From Raillietiella orientalis (Eukaryota), in contig JAYWIR010000052.1 of the NCBI GenBank assembly GCA_036172245.1, positions 620,001-684,000 of the forward strand: 64,000 nt of DNA. Direction: 5' to 3'. Made by a program: the position numbers and the translations under genes. Of the stretch, positions 27,935 through 40,500 are shown piece by piece (position 1 is the first letter of the stretch; each line of letters opens with the position of its first letter). The notes under the pieces are model-generated. The model was given only the letters and a program-made list of their open reading frames with translations, was not told the DNA's origin and ran no database searches.

Positions 27935-30144
27935 TCATAAGGAATCAAGATTTAAAGGATGCAATTTATATCTCTGCGTATGAAATTCTTTGGAAATTTC
28001 AAAATTTTTGAGCAGTAGTTCTAACCCATTCTTTGTTTGCAGTATTCCTTTGCTCTCCATTTTGCTGAACACAATGCCCAGCAACATAAACATAATGCAA
28101 AAATATGCAGAGATTATTTCAAAAGCTTTCAATATTATTGTCAGCCAGAAAGGAACACTGTCTTGAAGCAAGTAAACAACTGAGAAGCTTAAAAGCCACA
28201 CAAAAGAGATTATTAGATAGAAAATTTGATTATTACAAGCATCTTGGTAACCATGTTTGCAAATACTGATAGCATCTTGGATCAAATCCCTGCGAAATTC
28301 TGGTTCAGGTACGGATTCTTCAACTGAAATATGCTCATTTTCCAAGCAACCCTGAAAATTTGTGGAACATACTTGTTGCAGCTTTCTGTACCAAGAGTGC
28401 TGCACTAATCGCTTCATGATCAGAATAGCTGAATTTCTCTCCGGGTACTCTGTCTGCAAAGGGCAAATCAAAACCTAATACTTTTATCTAGAGGTTTAGT
28501 TAATGATGTATCAATTAAGTCATATTAATACCTTCAACTGATTTTGGCTGCTATACAAAATATAATCAATTCGTTTTCCCAAAGGTGCTCTACTGAGAGA
28601 ACTTTTGGAAGTGAAAGAATTTTGGGGTGTTTCACTAGTTGCACCAATGTTTGCATTGTCCTAGACATTAAGGCAAATTATCGTATCTGATTACAAAAGC
28701 ATTAATTATACCTCATGAAAAGCTTTAGTGAAACTATCTTGTAGACCACCTAGGTGATTAATCACTAAGAAAGCAGTGCTGCTGGCCTCACAATTCAAAT
28801 CACCACCTAATATGTTTACATCTGCTGATGGTGATACTAGTTTAATAAACTGGGCTCCTTCAAATGCTTGTGCTAAACGGTGTGCCCTATAATCATCATG
28901 CTTTTCACTATGGTACTGTGCATGCAGCTGCAATAAATGAAAATTGTATCAAAAATGTCACTCAGTTTATGCAGCACACTTGCTAGGATTACAAAAAAAA
29001 ATTAGGAATTACATGAGCTACAAACAGGTTGACAATTATTCCTTGGTGCAAAACTTGACAAACACCAATTCCTTTGCCTGCAAACCAATCACCATGCTGT
29101 ATCCGATATATATATCCATTCAACATCCAGGGGTGATAAAAACTGTCAATGATCGGAGATTTAGAAAACACACACAATCCTGAACCAATTGCTCCACTAA
29201 AACAAAAGCATCAACAGTGAACTTGATAATTCAGATGTAAAACATTTCAAATAATATTGGACAAGTGCATTTTGCTGAACTTTTTGTTTGAACAACAGTT
29301 TGCTGCCAGTGCTTCAGACAAAATGACAATCTAACACTTTGAGGTCATTCCGTTTGTTAATGATTTGTGATCAAAAGCTTGAACTGTCTACAATCATTGC
29401 AACTTTCATGCAAGAGTCATATCACATAGCAAAGTCTGTTTGCTCTTCATACATGCCCACTCATTTGGCATTTTGTACAACTTTCAGCAAGCACAAAGTA
29501 ACTACTGTTAAATCTTAAATTTCCAAGCCTCAAAGATTACTTAGGAATCCAAAAAGTCATTCCTATGCAGTTAACAAAGCTTTTCGAACAACTTGTAGGC
29601 TTGGATGCTTGAATCCATAACATATTTTATTATCAAATTACTTGCCCACTTGATTACTATGATGCCAGAGCATGTGTATTGCTTATTTTCAAACACAATG
29701 TTTCAAAATTGATGGGTCTCATGATCGACATTACTCAACTTAAGCAACATAAAAATAGCATATGTTATAAAAATTGATTGTAAAAACTGCGTTCACCTGT
29801 GAAAATAATGAGAGTACATTAACTTATTTTCAACTTTATGCTTCAAAGTCTCAAAATCATGAATGCTCCAAATTTCTTGCAGAAGTACGAAATCATAGTC
29901 GCCATCGTCTATAGCACAGCCTATGGCCTGAATTCTTTTCACTCTATGCCGTGACAGATATTTCACACCCCTATGAAAAATTAAAGATCTGAAAACCACA
30001 ATAAAAAGCACATTCATCGCCTGCCTTTGATTATTATATTTACTAAGGAAACGAATTGTTATGAACACTTGGGAACTTTGCAGTTCTCCAGTGAAAGGCG
30101 ACTTACCAGCAATTCAAAGAAAGTATCTTGATCTTCAAATCCAT
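27935..30144 (-). CDS. SMPD2-like: Neutral sphingomyelinase (SMPD2/nSMase1/ISC1-like, EEP superfamily) with C-terminal transmembrane helices; 7 exons
   Basis: Exons (minus strand): 30144-30107, 29970-29797, 29196-29013, 28927-28712, 28660-28532, 28487-28373, 28323-27935. Motifs: LSLNCWG, DFVLLQEIW, YFHSGAIGSGLCVFSK, LNGYIYRIQHGDWFAGKG, HLHAQY, GGDLN, GKRIDYI, YSDHEA, plus two hydrophobic segments near the C-terminus. Confidence 0.93.
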
Positions 30145-33100
30145 CTGCACAACTGTCCTAAAATAACGTTACAACATGATTTCGGAATGGTTTCCTTGTA
30201 ACAGGGAGTTTGCATTAACAAAATATGGTGCATGCTGACAGGGAAATCTGCAATTTGGCAAATTCCTTGCTTTGCTTTGCATATGCATCGGTGACATTAG
30301 AGAAACAACTCCGAAAACTATCCGACTGTCCATTCATAATCCTATGCCTCCCCCCCCTCCTCCCGGCACCTCCCCCCCTCCCCAAATTTGCGTAAAAATT
30401 ACAAAAACTTAAATTTTTTATTGCTGCTATGAATCGTTAGGAAAACACAGGAGCACGTACCGGTCCTCGCATCACATCATCCGGACTGGAGATCGCAAAC
30501 ACTGCAAGTGCCATGGGACAAGTGTGTGCCAGATACCCACTTTCGAAAGAGGCGTGGAATAAAATGGAACCTCCCCCCCACCACCACCCCCGGCACCACC
30601 ACCCCCAAAAAAAAAAAAAAAAAGCAAGAGAGAAAGGGGGGGGGGGGGAAGAAAAAAAAATGGCAGCGCTCACCGGTCCTCTTGACACACTGGAGTGGGA
30701 AAATATGAAATTGCATTTTTCCCTTGAATCTAAAACGGAAACGAGCATTTACGAATTGATTACGCATTTCCGATTGGAAAGAATTAGTACAGCTCATTGA
30801 CAGCACAATTAGTAAGGGTCATCGGTATTTAGCAAGTGCTGTTTGCCGACTTGAATTGGGATTCCTCATCTCGGCTGCCAATCATCATCCTAACATTTTA
30901 CTGTAATGTTGGCGCACGGGATGCTAAGAGCAAGGAACACACACTGCTCGATGCTTTTCCACCGGGGTGTCGAAATGCAAGCCTGCTGAACACGTTTGGG
31001 CACAGAAGAAGACGATGTGTTCATTTCCGAACGTGTCCGCCATTTGTCGTGGGTTCTCTTCCTCTGGGAGAATCCATGACAAATCCCTCACCTGATCCGC
31101 CACGTGATCCTCTTGGTGCTAGAAAAGCAAAACCAAACTTTTTTATGAACTGCTGCTTTGTTTTTGCATCCGCTTTCTCATTCTGTCTGATATTCATTGA
31201 TTACGTCAAGTAATAGAAGTGTAAGCCTGTAATTAAATCTTTTGAGAGCCAGAAAGCATTGATTCCAAGTTCCATGGATTCTTCTAGCTTGCATAAGTTA
31301 GCAAGCGGCAAGAATGCATCCTGACCATGCATTCTTCGAAAATAGAAACAGGAGGAAAACAAATGCACCCAATGAAGATGAAGCTAGGTTTTCGACCGAG
31401 ATTCGACGCGTCCTGTAATCGATTGGAAGGGCTACACCGAATAAGCCCACTCATAACAGAGACTCAAGGAACAATCCCACCAGTGGATAATCTGTGCTTT
31501 TCACACATGACGTGAAAACACAGTTGCCATACTATTTTTCGTGTTCGAAACGAGCAACCAAATCATTTACCCCAGCGTAAAAGTAATAACGAGGCAGAAA
31601 TGATTCGTGAAACCGGCAAAGTTGGAAGGAACAGTCATTCATTACCTTCCACGTCTTTTGTGTCTCGAGGCAGTGTTTCGTCAGTGTTTACGTAAGATCT
31701 GCTCTCCCCAAATTCTGGCTACATCTCGACTCCCCATGAATTTCCGCATTTCGTAGAAGCCGTGTGGGTGACGCCTTTTCGAGCGAGCTTTGCCATGGAA
31801 ACTCCACATCAGTTTCTGATTGAAGGGCTGCTGCTCCGCGGCAACCGCCGGATGGGAGCAGCGCGACTTGGAGAAGGTCCGCCTCTCTATGACAGATGCT
31901 CACAGAACATCAAATGCTCATTAGTCCCGAGACAAGCTATGATGGCGTCAGTGAAGCGACTCAACGCAACTGCAGCAAAAAATCTAAATTAGTTCCACAG
32001 CGGACACACACGGCAGAGTCGGTTTCAATCAGGACGCGTCGAGGCAGGAGAGACGCATCCCAATTTACGAGCAGAGGACGTTCTAAACTGCAGGAACGAG
32101 GGAACGGTCTCGGAACGGGAAACACAACCTACTGCATCTCCATTACATTTACATAATTCTCGACATGACCATTCCTCGGGCTCTTTCGTGCCCGATTCTA
32201 GGCTCGCCTTCGGAGAGGATTTCTTTGTCAGTTCGGGTCATCTCCATTGACCGGAGTCATCGAACAAACGCCTTTGGGGAATAAGAATCGTCACGGGTCA
32301 CCTCCCTCTCTCCTGCATGAGTTGTCCTCGTTGGTTTCTCCGACCCCGAAGGGAAAGCAGAAGATCTTTGCTTTCGAAATTTTCTTGGCTTCTGAATCAG
32401 CCAGCAGAGCGTCGAGCGCATTCCTCTACTCTGCGTCTTGCACTTCTGGAAAGCGTCTGCCGACAGTCCCCACCTCTCCGTGTGCACACTGTGGAGGGTG
32501 GTGCCACTGTTTAGTGGATTCTGTATGCGCCCGTTTCTCTCTTTCTTTGAAGGGGAAAAAAGTACTCAATGGTTCGAATATGATCCCTAAGACTGATTGA
32601 AAATCCTCTGCTTGAGTCACGATTGTCAGTTCGATCGCTGGATGGAACCGAATTTTTCGCGTGGACCTCGTTAAGACGCGATATTTAAAAAAAAAAAAAA
32701 AAAAAAAAAACGGTCTCAGGTTGCTGCCGTGAGGTTCAAACTGACCTCTCGAAATCGGAGTGCGACTCGGAGCGTGCTTACAGAAGGTTGGAGTCCAAAT
32801 CAGGTGTCGCCGTCAGGTTGTGCACGTGCGCATCGATACCCACGCGAGGTCAAAGTCTTTGCTTCTGGCTAATGGCGAACGTCTGACGCGCGCTTCGGGC
32901 TGGAGCCATTAGGGACCCGTTCTTCCGGGTGGCTGTTTACGCCCCGAAGGACCCTTCTGAGCTTCGCGGCTCGTTTCCGCGTGGGGGGCGGGGCAGGTCA
33001 AGAACGGGGAAGGCAATTCGTTCGAAGATGGTTTGAATGTTGCGATACGACTTTTGTTCCGGAAGCGGCGGAGAACGAATAAACGAATCCTCCTATTCAT

Positions 33101-34259
33101 TTTACGAGCGGCGGTGGTTCCCCCTGCGAAATGGCAAGCGTTTCAAAGAGCCCCCCTCCCCCACTCTCCTTCCTTGCATCCGTGTTTTGCCGAAGGAACC
33201 TGCGCAAGGACCCTCCGGCCACGTGCTTTCTGGGAAAATGCTCTCGGGGAGTCTGGAAGATACGGCTGCCTCGAGGAAACGTGCCGTTCTGTTCGAAAAC
33301 GCTCTCCGGGAGAGGGCTTCGGGAAGACTCCCGCTTGTGCTTCGGGGAAAAATTCTGAATGGAGCTGCGCAGCACTTCGGGAAGAAGTGGGTGTGTGAAC
33401 GGCACGATCCAAATGAGCAACTGGTGAATAATTCATTTGCATGCTCGCGGATCATTATGGTACATTATGGTAAACTGAACGGAGGAGTTTCGTCATTCTG
33501 TGCTCTCCGGGGGAGCCACTAAAGTCCTCATCATGTCAGTGGCTTTCCCTCCGAGCGATGCTCGGTCAGCGTTTCCCCTTCTGGAACAACGGGAAAATCG
33601 GAGAAGGAAAAACTTTTTGGAATCTCCGAGGCTCGGTTTCGGAAAACCATAATAATCTTGAGGAAACGGCGAAAACATCTGCACAAATAGCTAATTACAC
33701 TTCCGAGGGGCAGCGCATCTGCACTTCGGGGAGACGTCGCAATTAAGCTTTGTCGTACGGCGCCGTCGCATCCGCATTTTTGCCCACGGAAACTTCCAGA
33801 AGAAAATGAGTTTCCGCGGCGCTCCCGCGCTCCTCCGTCTGCATTTGTTTTGGAGTCTGGAGGCTGCTGCCTCGCGTCCAATATCTAAAAGTTTTCGCCC
33901 CCTTTTTCACCCGATGCGAGGAGCCGATCTCGCTTCCTGAATTCGTTATCTCCCGTTGATCAACTTTCCTCCCGATGCTTCCGTCCGTCTCGGAAGCCGC
34001 GCGCGCGTCGCGGAGCTCCCGCCGAGGTCCACCGAAGTGCCCGAAGGCGAGCGAGCCGTCGCCGTCCGTCCGTCGTGTTTTTTTCCAGCGAGGGTGCACC
34101 TTCGCCTCTCAGGCAGGAGGAGCACCCCTCTGCGGAGACCCTCGGCAGGCGGATCCTCAGGCTAACATTCCTCTTCCTTCTCTTCACCTTTTGAGGTAGC
34201 CAACTGGACGCACGTCTTCGCTTCTTTCTTTCTCTTGGGAGGGGGGGGGGGAAGGGTAT

Positions 34260-34800
34260 CCGAAGGGAAGCTCCGCCTTATTCTATCCGGAGGGACCCCC
34301 CAGAAAAAATCCGCTCTGGGATTCCTTCTCCGGAGGGAACCCGCAAAGGAACCTTCCCTTCTTTCCTCCCTCCCTCCTCTTCCTCTGTAGAGAACCCCGA
34401 AGGGACGCTTCGGGAAATTTCTCTTTAGGTCGCTCCCCGAAGGGAGCAGCACGCTTCTTGCGCTCTGGAGAGGCATCAACCAGCTCCATGGTACTCGATG
34501 GAGGGTCCATTTTTGCAACCGAAGGGTTCCTTGATGTCCTGGAAGGACCCCGGAAGGTCGACTTTTAGCCCTGGAGGCCAGTCAACGGGGGCACTCCGTT
34601 TCCATCAGTGCCGCCTCCGTACCCGAACAGACCAACCAGCGTCATCCCGCAAGGGGAACTTTGACTCACGCCGCACCCTCCGTTCTTGTCGTCGATGCAT
34701 CCTTCTTCGGGCGGGGATTCGAACCCGCGACGTTCGGCACCAGCCGTCATCGCAGGCCGTATGTGGCTGCACACGTGCTAGCGTCGTTGGGCGCATAGGG
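34260..34800 (-). mobile_element. tRNA-headed retroposon, copy C
   Basis: The reverse complement has CGCGGGTTCGAATCCCC (B-box), GGATGACGCTGGTTGGTC, GGGTCCTTCCAGGACATCAAGG and TTGCGGGTTCCCTCCGGAGAAG, colinear with copies A and D. Confidence 0.75.
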
Positions 34801-34879
34801 TAGTGCCCTCCGATTGTACAGCACTCTTTGTACAGGATCTCCGGAGGGGGGTGTAGTGGTGGGGAAAAAAATTACATAT

Positions 34880-35480
34880 TCACAATAAATAGTCGATGCA
34901 TAATGAAACGTCATCCCTTCGCAGCGGGACCTCGACCTGCGACCCCGTTGTACAGATAAAATCCTGGAAGATGTTGATGCCTGCGGGCAGTTCACCATCA
35001 GAATCACTCGCAGGGACAAACGTGGGGCAGAGGAGAAACCGTCCTTCGTCCCCCAAAATGAAATGTATGGACAGGAACAAAAATAACGATGAAAAAAAGA
35101 GTTTCGAAAAATTTGGAGGGGAAGGGAAGGGATAGCAGGAAAACCTTCTTGGAACCCTCCTCCTCGTCCTTTCCAGGATGCCAGAGGGTTCCTGTTCGCA
35201 ACGCTGCCCAATTCCCCTCGCGATCCTCGGGAAAGGGGAGACGACGGGGATGGCGTTCCCGCAGACGTGCCCTTGGTCGTCGCGGTTTCCCGCCTCCAAG
35301 TGGCGTCCAAGCACATCCTTCGGGAGGTGTCCCGGAGGGAGTCCAGGGACGTGGCCGAATGTTCCCGCACGCTCCGGAGGGCGACGCACTCGCACGTCGG
35401 GGCGAGGGAAGGTTTCCCGTCTGCCGCGCCTGGAGCGGTCTGGAGACACCACCCTTCCCCCGGTGCATGGGACGGCCCCA
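34880..35480 (-). mobile_element. LINE 3' end (zinc-finger tail and 3' UTR)
   Basis: CECVALRSVRE and GGCATCCTGGAAAGG are shared with other 3' fragments. The UTR motif CCCGCTGCGAAGGGATGA matches CCCGCTACGGAGGGATGA at about 50604. Confidence 0.6.
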
Positions 35481-37719
35481 ACCGAACAATCTAGAACGCC
35501 AAGCCCTTCCGCTCAGAGGAAGCGCGGAACTGTCCAAAAAAAAAAAAAAACAAAAACAAAAAAAAAGATGAGGGGGCGGAGGGTCGCGGGCCTGATGACC
35601 TCACAACTTCCACCCTTGCGCCAGCACGCACGTCGTTGCCGGCCAGCTCGAGGAAACGGGCGGGAAGGAAGGCTGCCTCCATCCCCTTCCCCCTCCGCCC
35701 TTCGTTCTCTTGGGGAGTGTCAAGAGCAAAAAGAGGCTCCTGGGAGGCATGGTGTCCTCAGGAGCCGTTGCCCTGCCAACCCTCCCTCGCTCCTCCTCTC
35801 TCCTCTTGGGGTCGGATCTCTGGAATGCGGTGGACTTCGGCCAGCGCGTGGAGATGCCACGTGGTGCTGCACTCTTCCGACCCCAACCAGAAGAGCTGCT
35901 GCTGCTTCCTTGGTCCTCCTTGCCGCCGCCTGCTTCCCCGACGGCCCCCACGTCACGTGCTGCGTCGAGGAAGATCGTGACGTCCCGGAACGCCGAAGAG
36001 GCGCGTCCTCAGGGGACGAGGGACCGCGCGCTCTCGATCTCCCGGGGAGGAGGGAGGGAGGGAGGGGAACACAGCAAAGCTGCCCTTGGAGGACACCAGA
36101 ATGTGTGAGGGCGCCGCCTGAATCGCACGCAGGTTACGGGGAGACGCAATGGGTGTGACCAGCAGCCCCTGCTCTTTCCTCCCCCCCTTTTGTTTACCTA
36201 TTTATGGTCCCCTTCCCCACACCTTCCCCGCGAGCCGGCGGTTTCCTTTCCTCCCTTTTCCATTTCTCTCCCCCTGAATTTTTCAAAGACTCCTCTCTTC
36301 CCTCTTTTTTTTTGGGGTGGGGGGGGGGGGAAGAAAGGGTAAGGAAACTCCCAGGCCCAACCGGGTGAGGGCGACGCCGGCATGCGTTGCGCGTGGGACA
36401 GCCCAACTCAGCGAACGCAGCGCCGTGCCTCGTCAATTGCGCGCCTTGTAGAGCGGTCAACAGCAGTGGAATGCGTGGGCAGAGACACTCCTAGCGGACG
36501 TGTCGCAAGAGAAACCCCGCTGGTAGGAGGAACGCCCGGACCTTTGAGTGAAAATCGGGAGGCCCCTGCGTTCCTCCTGCAGGCACCTGGAAGAGGCCCC
36601 ACCCACGCGCGCAGGGGTCACACCCCGTGGCTCTTCTCTCCCCCCCTTGCCGTCCAGGAGGCTCCCCGCCCTTCCTCCGGTGCATGGGGCGTGTGGGTGG
36701 GTGCATGGGCTGTGCATCCCAGGCGGAGCTCCTGACCTTCCCACGCGCTCCCTCACCCTACCCCTCCGTCCGCCGCCCTGCGCGTGTGTGCGGACGAAGG
36801 GTCGGCCGGTCATGGGGCTGTGCGACCTGTGCTGCTTCATGCCCGCCGGCGGCTGCACCCAGGAGTTCCTCTGGGAATGCCGAGACCCCCCCGAGGAGCC
36901 GCTCCCAGTGAGCGCCGCCTGCAGGATGACCTTCCGCGGCGAGGACGAGGAGCAGCCCTCCGGAGCTGCGCAGGCTCGTGCTTGTCGCGGCAGGGCGTCT
37001 CCGCCAGCGCTCCGCTCGCCTCCTCCCCCCGGAAGGGTGGCCCGGGACCCCTTCCGAAGCCCAGGAGTCCTCCTCTTGCGCGCCACGTCCGCGGGCGCAC
37101 GCCGCAGGCGTCCCAGTTGCCGCGCCGACTACCTCAAGTGGGGAGGAGCCAGGTTTGCGCCTCCCTCGAGCGCTCCCTCCTCCGCCGACGCCCTCATCCA
37201 GCGTCCCGGAGTTCCATAGCGCCCAGGAGGGTCTCCCCTGCGCGGAGTACCCAACCGTCGCTTGCGACAGCAAGTGGACCTCGCGGTCCACGGCTTCAGT
37301 CTGAGGCAGGACGAGGACGGCGGCGTGGTCGTCAGCGCCGTCCAGGCGGACAGCCCGGTGAACCCGTGACGGCGGCAGACCGATGGTCGATGACATCATC
37401 CTGCGGGAGAACGACCAGGGCGTCAGCCGGATAAGCGTGGACAGCAGGTCATCGATCTGCTGCGGAAGACCAGGGTCCGACCCAGAAGGCGTGCCCCTCC
37501 GTACCCAGCGCTGCGCGCCGGCCTGATTCGACCCCGGGGAGAGAGGGCTCCTCACCCCTGCGCCACGCGCTCTTCCTGGAAGAGATGGAGGAATACAAGG
37601 ACATCGGCGGTCGTCCCGCAGGAGAGAGAGAGAGAGGGAAAAAAGATCCAGAGAAAGGCGGAGCATGAGGGTGTAGTTCTGTCTGCGAGACTGACCTGGG
37701 GGCGTTTTCACCACCCGTA

Positions 37720-38200
37720 TCCTCCGGGTTGACGCCATGATCCCCATGCTCTTCGTTCTGTACATGGAGGCGGTGAGCGTTTTTGTCCACCACGAGAGTC
37801 GGCTCCAGGGAATCACCCTGGGCATCAAAAGAAGAGAGCAACATCACGCACCTGGCCTACGCCGACGACCTGCTTTTCTTCATGTCGGAAGAGCGGGATC
37901 AGAAGGCGTTCCCGGACATCGTTCAGACCATGGAGTGCGGCCTCGGACTCGGGGTGAACCCCAGCAAGTCCCATGTGCTCACCGTGAGAATACCGGACGT
38001 CACCGCCCTCCACGCCCACGGCTTCTGGATTGCGGACAGCGTGAAGTACCTCGGGTTCCGCTCCGGCGATGAAACGCCAGCCCTGGAGCTGCAGCAATGG
38101 TCGGCCATCCTGGCCAAGCTGCGCGCGAAGAATCCAGCCAGTACGTCGGAACCTGCCCCTCGCAAAAGGACAAGGCCAACCTCTGGAACGGATCCCGGAG
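37720..38200 (+). mobile_element. LINE (L1/Tx1-like) reverse-transcriptase catalytic core, frameshifted
   Basis: PMLFVLYME...LQGITLG, a frameshift near 37830, then ITHLAYADDLLFF...GLGVNPSKS...VKYLG. These are canonical non-LTR RT motifs. Confidence 0.88.
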
Positions 38201-38829
38201 CGGGCGTGGATCTCGAGGCGACTGGACAGGCGGCGGCGGAAGAAGCCTTGCCGGAGGGGCGAGCCGGGCGAGGTGCGCCCGCCCGCGCGGAGCCGGTCAG
38301 GTTCCGCTCCTCCCTCCTTTTCCTCTTCCCCCAATCAGCTGCGGAAGAGGAGGGACGAGTAGCTCTGAGGTCGCGTTCGCACCGGATGCCAGGATGGTAA
38401 TCGAGGCGACTGGAGGAGCAGAGAGGAGAGGCCAAGGAGGCGCGCGCACCCTGCTGGCAGGGGCGGCGCAACCCATGCGCAGGCGGGCAGGAGGAGGAAC
38501 CGACGCGAGTTGGCTCCAGCGGCTTCCCTTTCTCCCTCATCACGGCCGAGGTCCAGGCCGCGCGTGCCAGCACCGGGGCGTGCGCACGCCCCTCTCCCCC
38601 TCCTTCCCGGTGCGAGCGAGTGCAGAGCGGGAGGGAAACGGCACGGCAGGCATCAAAGAAGCGATGAGAGCGATTGGCCAGCGTTCAAAACGAAAGAACG
38701 AGGGAACGAGAAGTTTTCTCCCCCTCGCCGCTCTAGGCAGCCCCCCCCTCCCCAGCGGCCCTCGGCTCTGCGCAAGAAGGAGAGGGCTAGAGGATCGCTA
38801 GAGGGATACTGTCCCCTCCACTTCTACCG

Positions 38830-38995
38830 CCCGCAACTTCCTCTTTCTTGAGGAGGAGGAAGGGAGGAAGAAGGATAAAGAAGGAAGAGGAAGAGGTGGT
38901 GGAGAGGGAAGGGAGGACCAGGAGGAGGAAGAGTAAGGAAGGAGGAGGGAAAAAAAAGAAGAAAGAGGAGGAAAGAAGAAGGGGGGAGAGGGATG
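38830..38995. repeat. Purine-rich (GGA/GAA) low-complexity tract
   Basis: About 150 nt that are almost entirely G and A. Confidence 0.8.
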
Positions 38996-39614
38996 CCGGG
39001 AATAAGTCAACCGTGGAAGCGCTCGACAGCGCCCGCACGTCGTGAGCATCCGCGGGTTTCCCGCAAAAACAGACCGCGCGACGTGGGCGAGGGGGAGAAA
39101 ACTCGGAGAGGCTTTCGTCGCTCCAGCCTCGGTTCGTGACAGGATCGGGGAACCGAGCGGGGAAAGGGGGGGGGGGGGGAAACGGCAGGCAGGACTCGTC
39201 GTGATTTAGGACCGGCGCGCGTGGAATCGACACGTCCTTGTCTTCCGGCGTGTTTTCGAAAATCTGTTTTTGACGAGCAGGGTAGCGCGGGCGACGGGAG
39301 CCGCGAACGGGGTGTCGCTGCAGCCGTGCAATCGGCATGTTGTGTTCGGCACGAAAATTTTATCGTCGCTTTTTGTTTTCGAAAGCGGAGGTTCCTCCGG
39401 ATCTGAAACAGATGCTTTTACGGCTGCGACTGCTGGAGGACCGAATCGTCTTCGGATGTAAATCCGTGAGCGGGAGAACTCGGCTTTCTCCCGGGAACGC
39501 CGGAAACTTCTCGCCTAACTCTCGGGAGGCCGCGAAACGCTCGCACGCACGCACGAGAACACGGCGATGTGGTCCTACGTGCGGATGCTTGACCCTGTAG
39601 CCACACGCCCCCCC

Positions 39615-40500
39615 ACCCCGCGTCGGAGGCCGTGCAGCTGCAGCAGCCTCCCGCGCCCGCGGATGGTTGCGGGTTCGAATCCCTGCCCGGGGAAGGATGC
39701 ATCCACGCCGAGAATGGAGGGTGCGGCGTGAGTTCGAGTTCCCCTCGCAAGATGACGCTGGTTGGCCTGTTCGGGTGCGGCGGCACTAGTGAAAACCCCC
39801 GGATGCCCCCGCTGACTGGCCTCCGGGATTGGAAGTCGACTCTCCGGGGTCCTTCCAGAGCATCAAGGAGCCCTTGGGGGTTCCCCTCCGGATGGGAAAA
39901 TGGAGCCATCCACCCACCCCCTCCCCCCTCAGGGGAGTTGCCTCTCCAGAGTGAAAGAAGCGCACTGCTCCCTTCAGGGAGCGCTCTTCAGAGAAAAGAA
40001 GAAGCGTCCCTCCGGGATTCCTCTTCAGAGGAGGGAAACAGCGAGCGGCTCCCTTGCGGATGTCCTTCGGGCTTCCCTCCGGAGTCCCCTCGCAAGGGTA
40101 AGAGGAACGACTTGCCTCCTCCTGAGCCTTGCTGGATTCATAGAGTGGCTCCTCTGCGGCGAGCGCCTAAACTGAAGAGTCACACGCACCCTCGGGTGGA
40201 GTGGACAGCGTCAGAGAGCTTCGTGACCTCCCCCCTAAGGGGTCGAACGGTTCTTCAGCACTCCTTGAGAACCAAAAGGAAAGAAAGAAAGCAGGCAGGG
40301 AAAGGTCAGATTCGGGTGCCGCCGTGGGGGTGTTTCGGTCCTGCAGGTTCTGCAGCTTCGACCGCGAGGAGACACCAACGCGTTCGCGTTTCCACGACAC
40401 CGAGGGATCGCTGGCGCGGAGAGACAGTAGAGCGCCGAGGCCGCGGCTGTGCCTCCGTTCTCGTCCGAAGAGAACCCGGAATCGACCCGCGAATGCACCC
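39615..40500 (+). mobile_element. tRNA-headed chimeric retroposon, copy D
   Basis: Perfect B-box GGTTCGAATCCC near 39672, plus AAGATGACGCTGGTTGGCC, GGGTCCTTCCAGAGCATCAAGGAG and the CCCTCCGG array. It continues into GAGGAACG...CTGGATTCATAG...ACGCACCCTCGGGTGG, colinear with the RT-derived part of copy E. Confidence 0.78.

Noticed and set aside
30560..30660. Poly-C/A/G tracts upstream of SMPD2 as a regulatory element
   Set aside because: Similar homopolymer runs occur throughout the window, so they are not specific.
36700..37520. Possible LINE ORF1 remnant upstream of the RT fragment (also 16870-17270 and 48190-48560)
   Set aside because: It looks coding-like, but no diagnostic motif such as a zinc knuckle or RRM could be identified.
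39620..39700. Functional tRNA gene (perfect GGTTCGAATCCC)
   Set aside because: The A-box is degenerate, no acceptor stem or cloverleaf is evident, and the sequence continues into a dispersed repeat body. It is a retroposon head.
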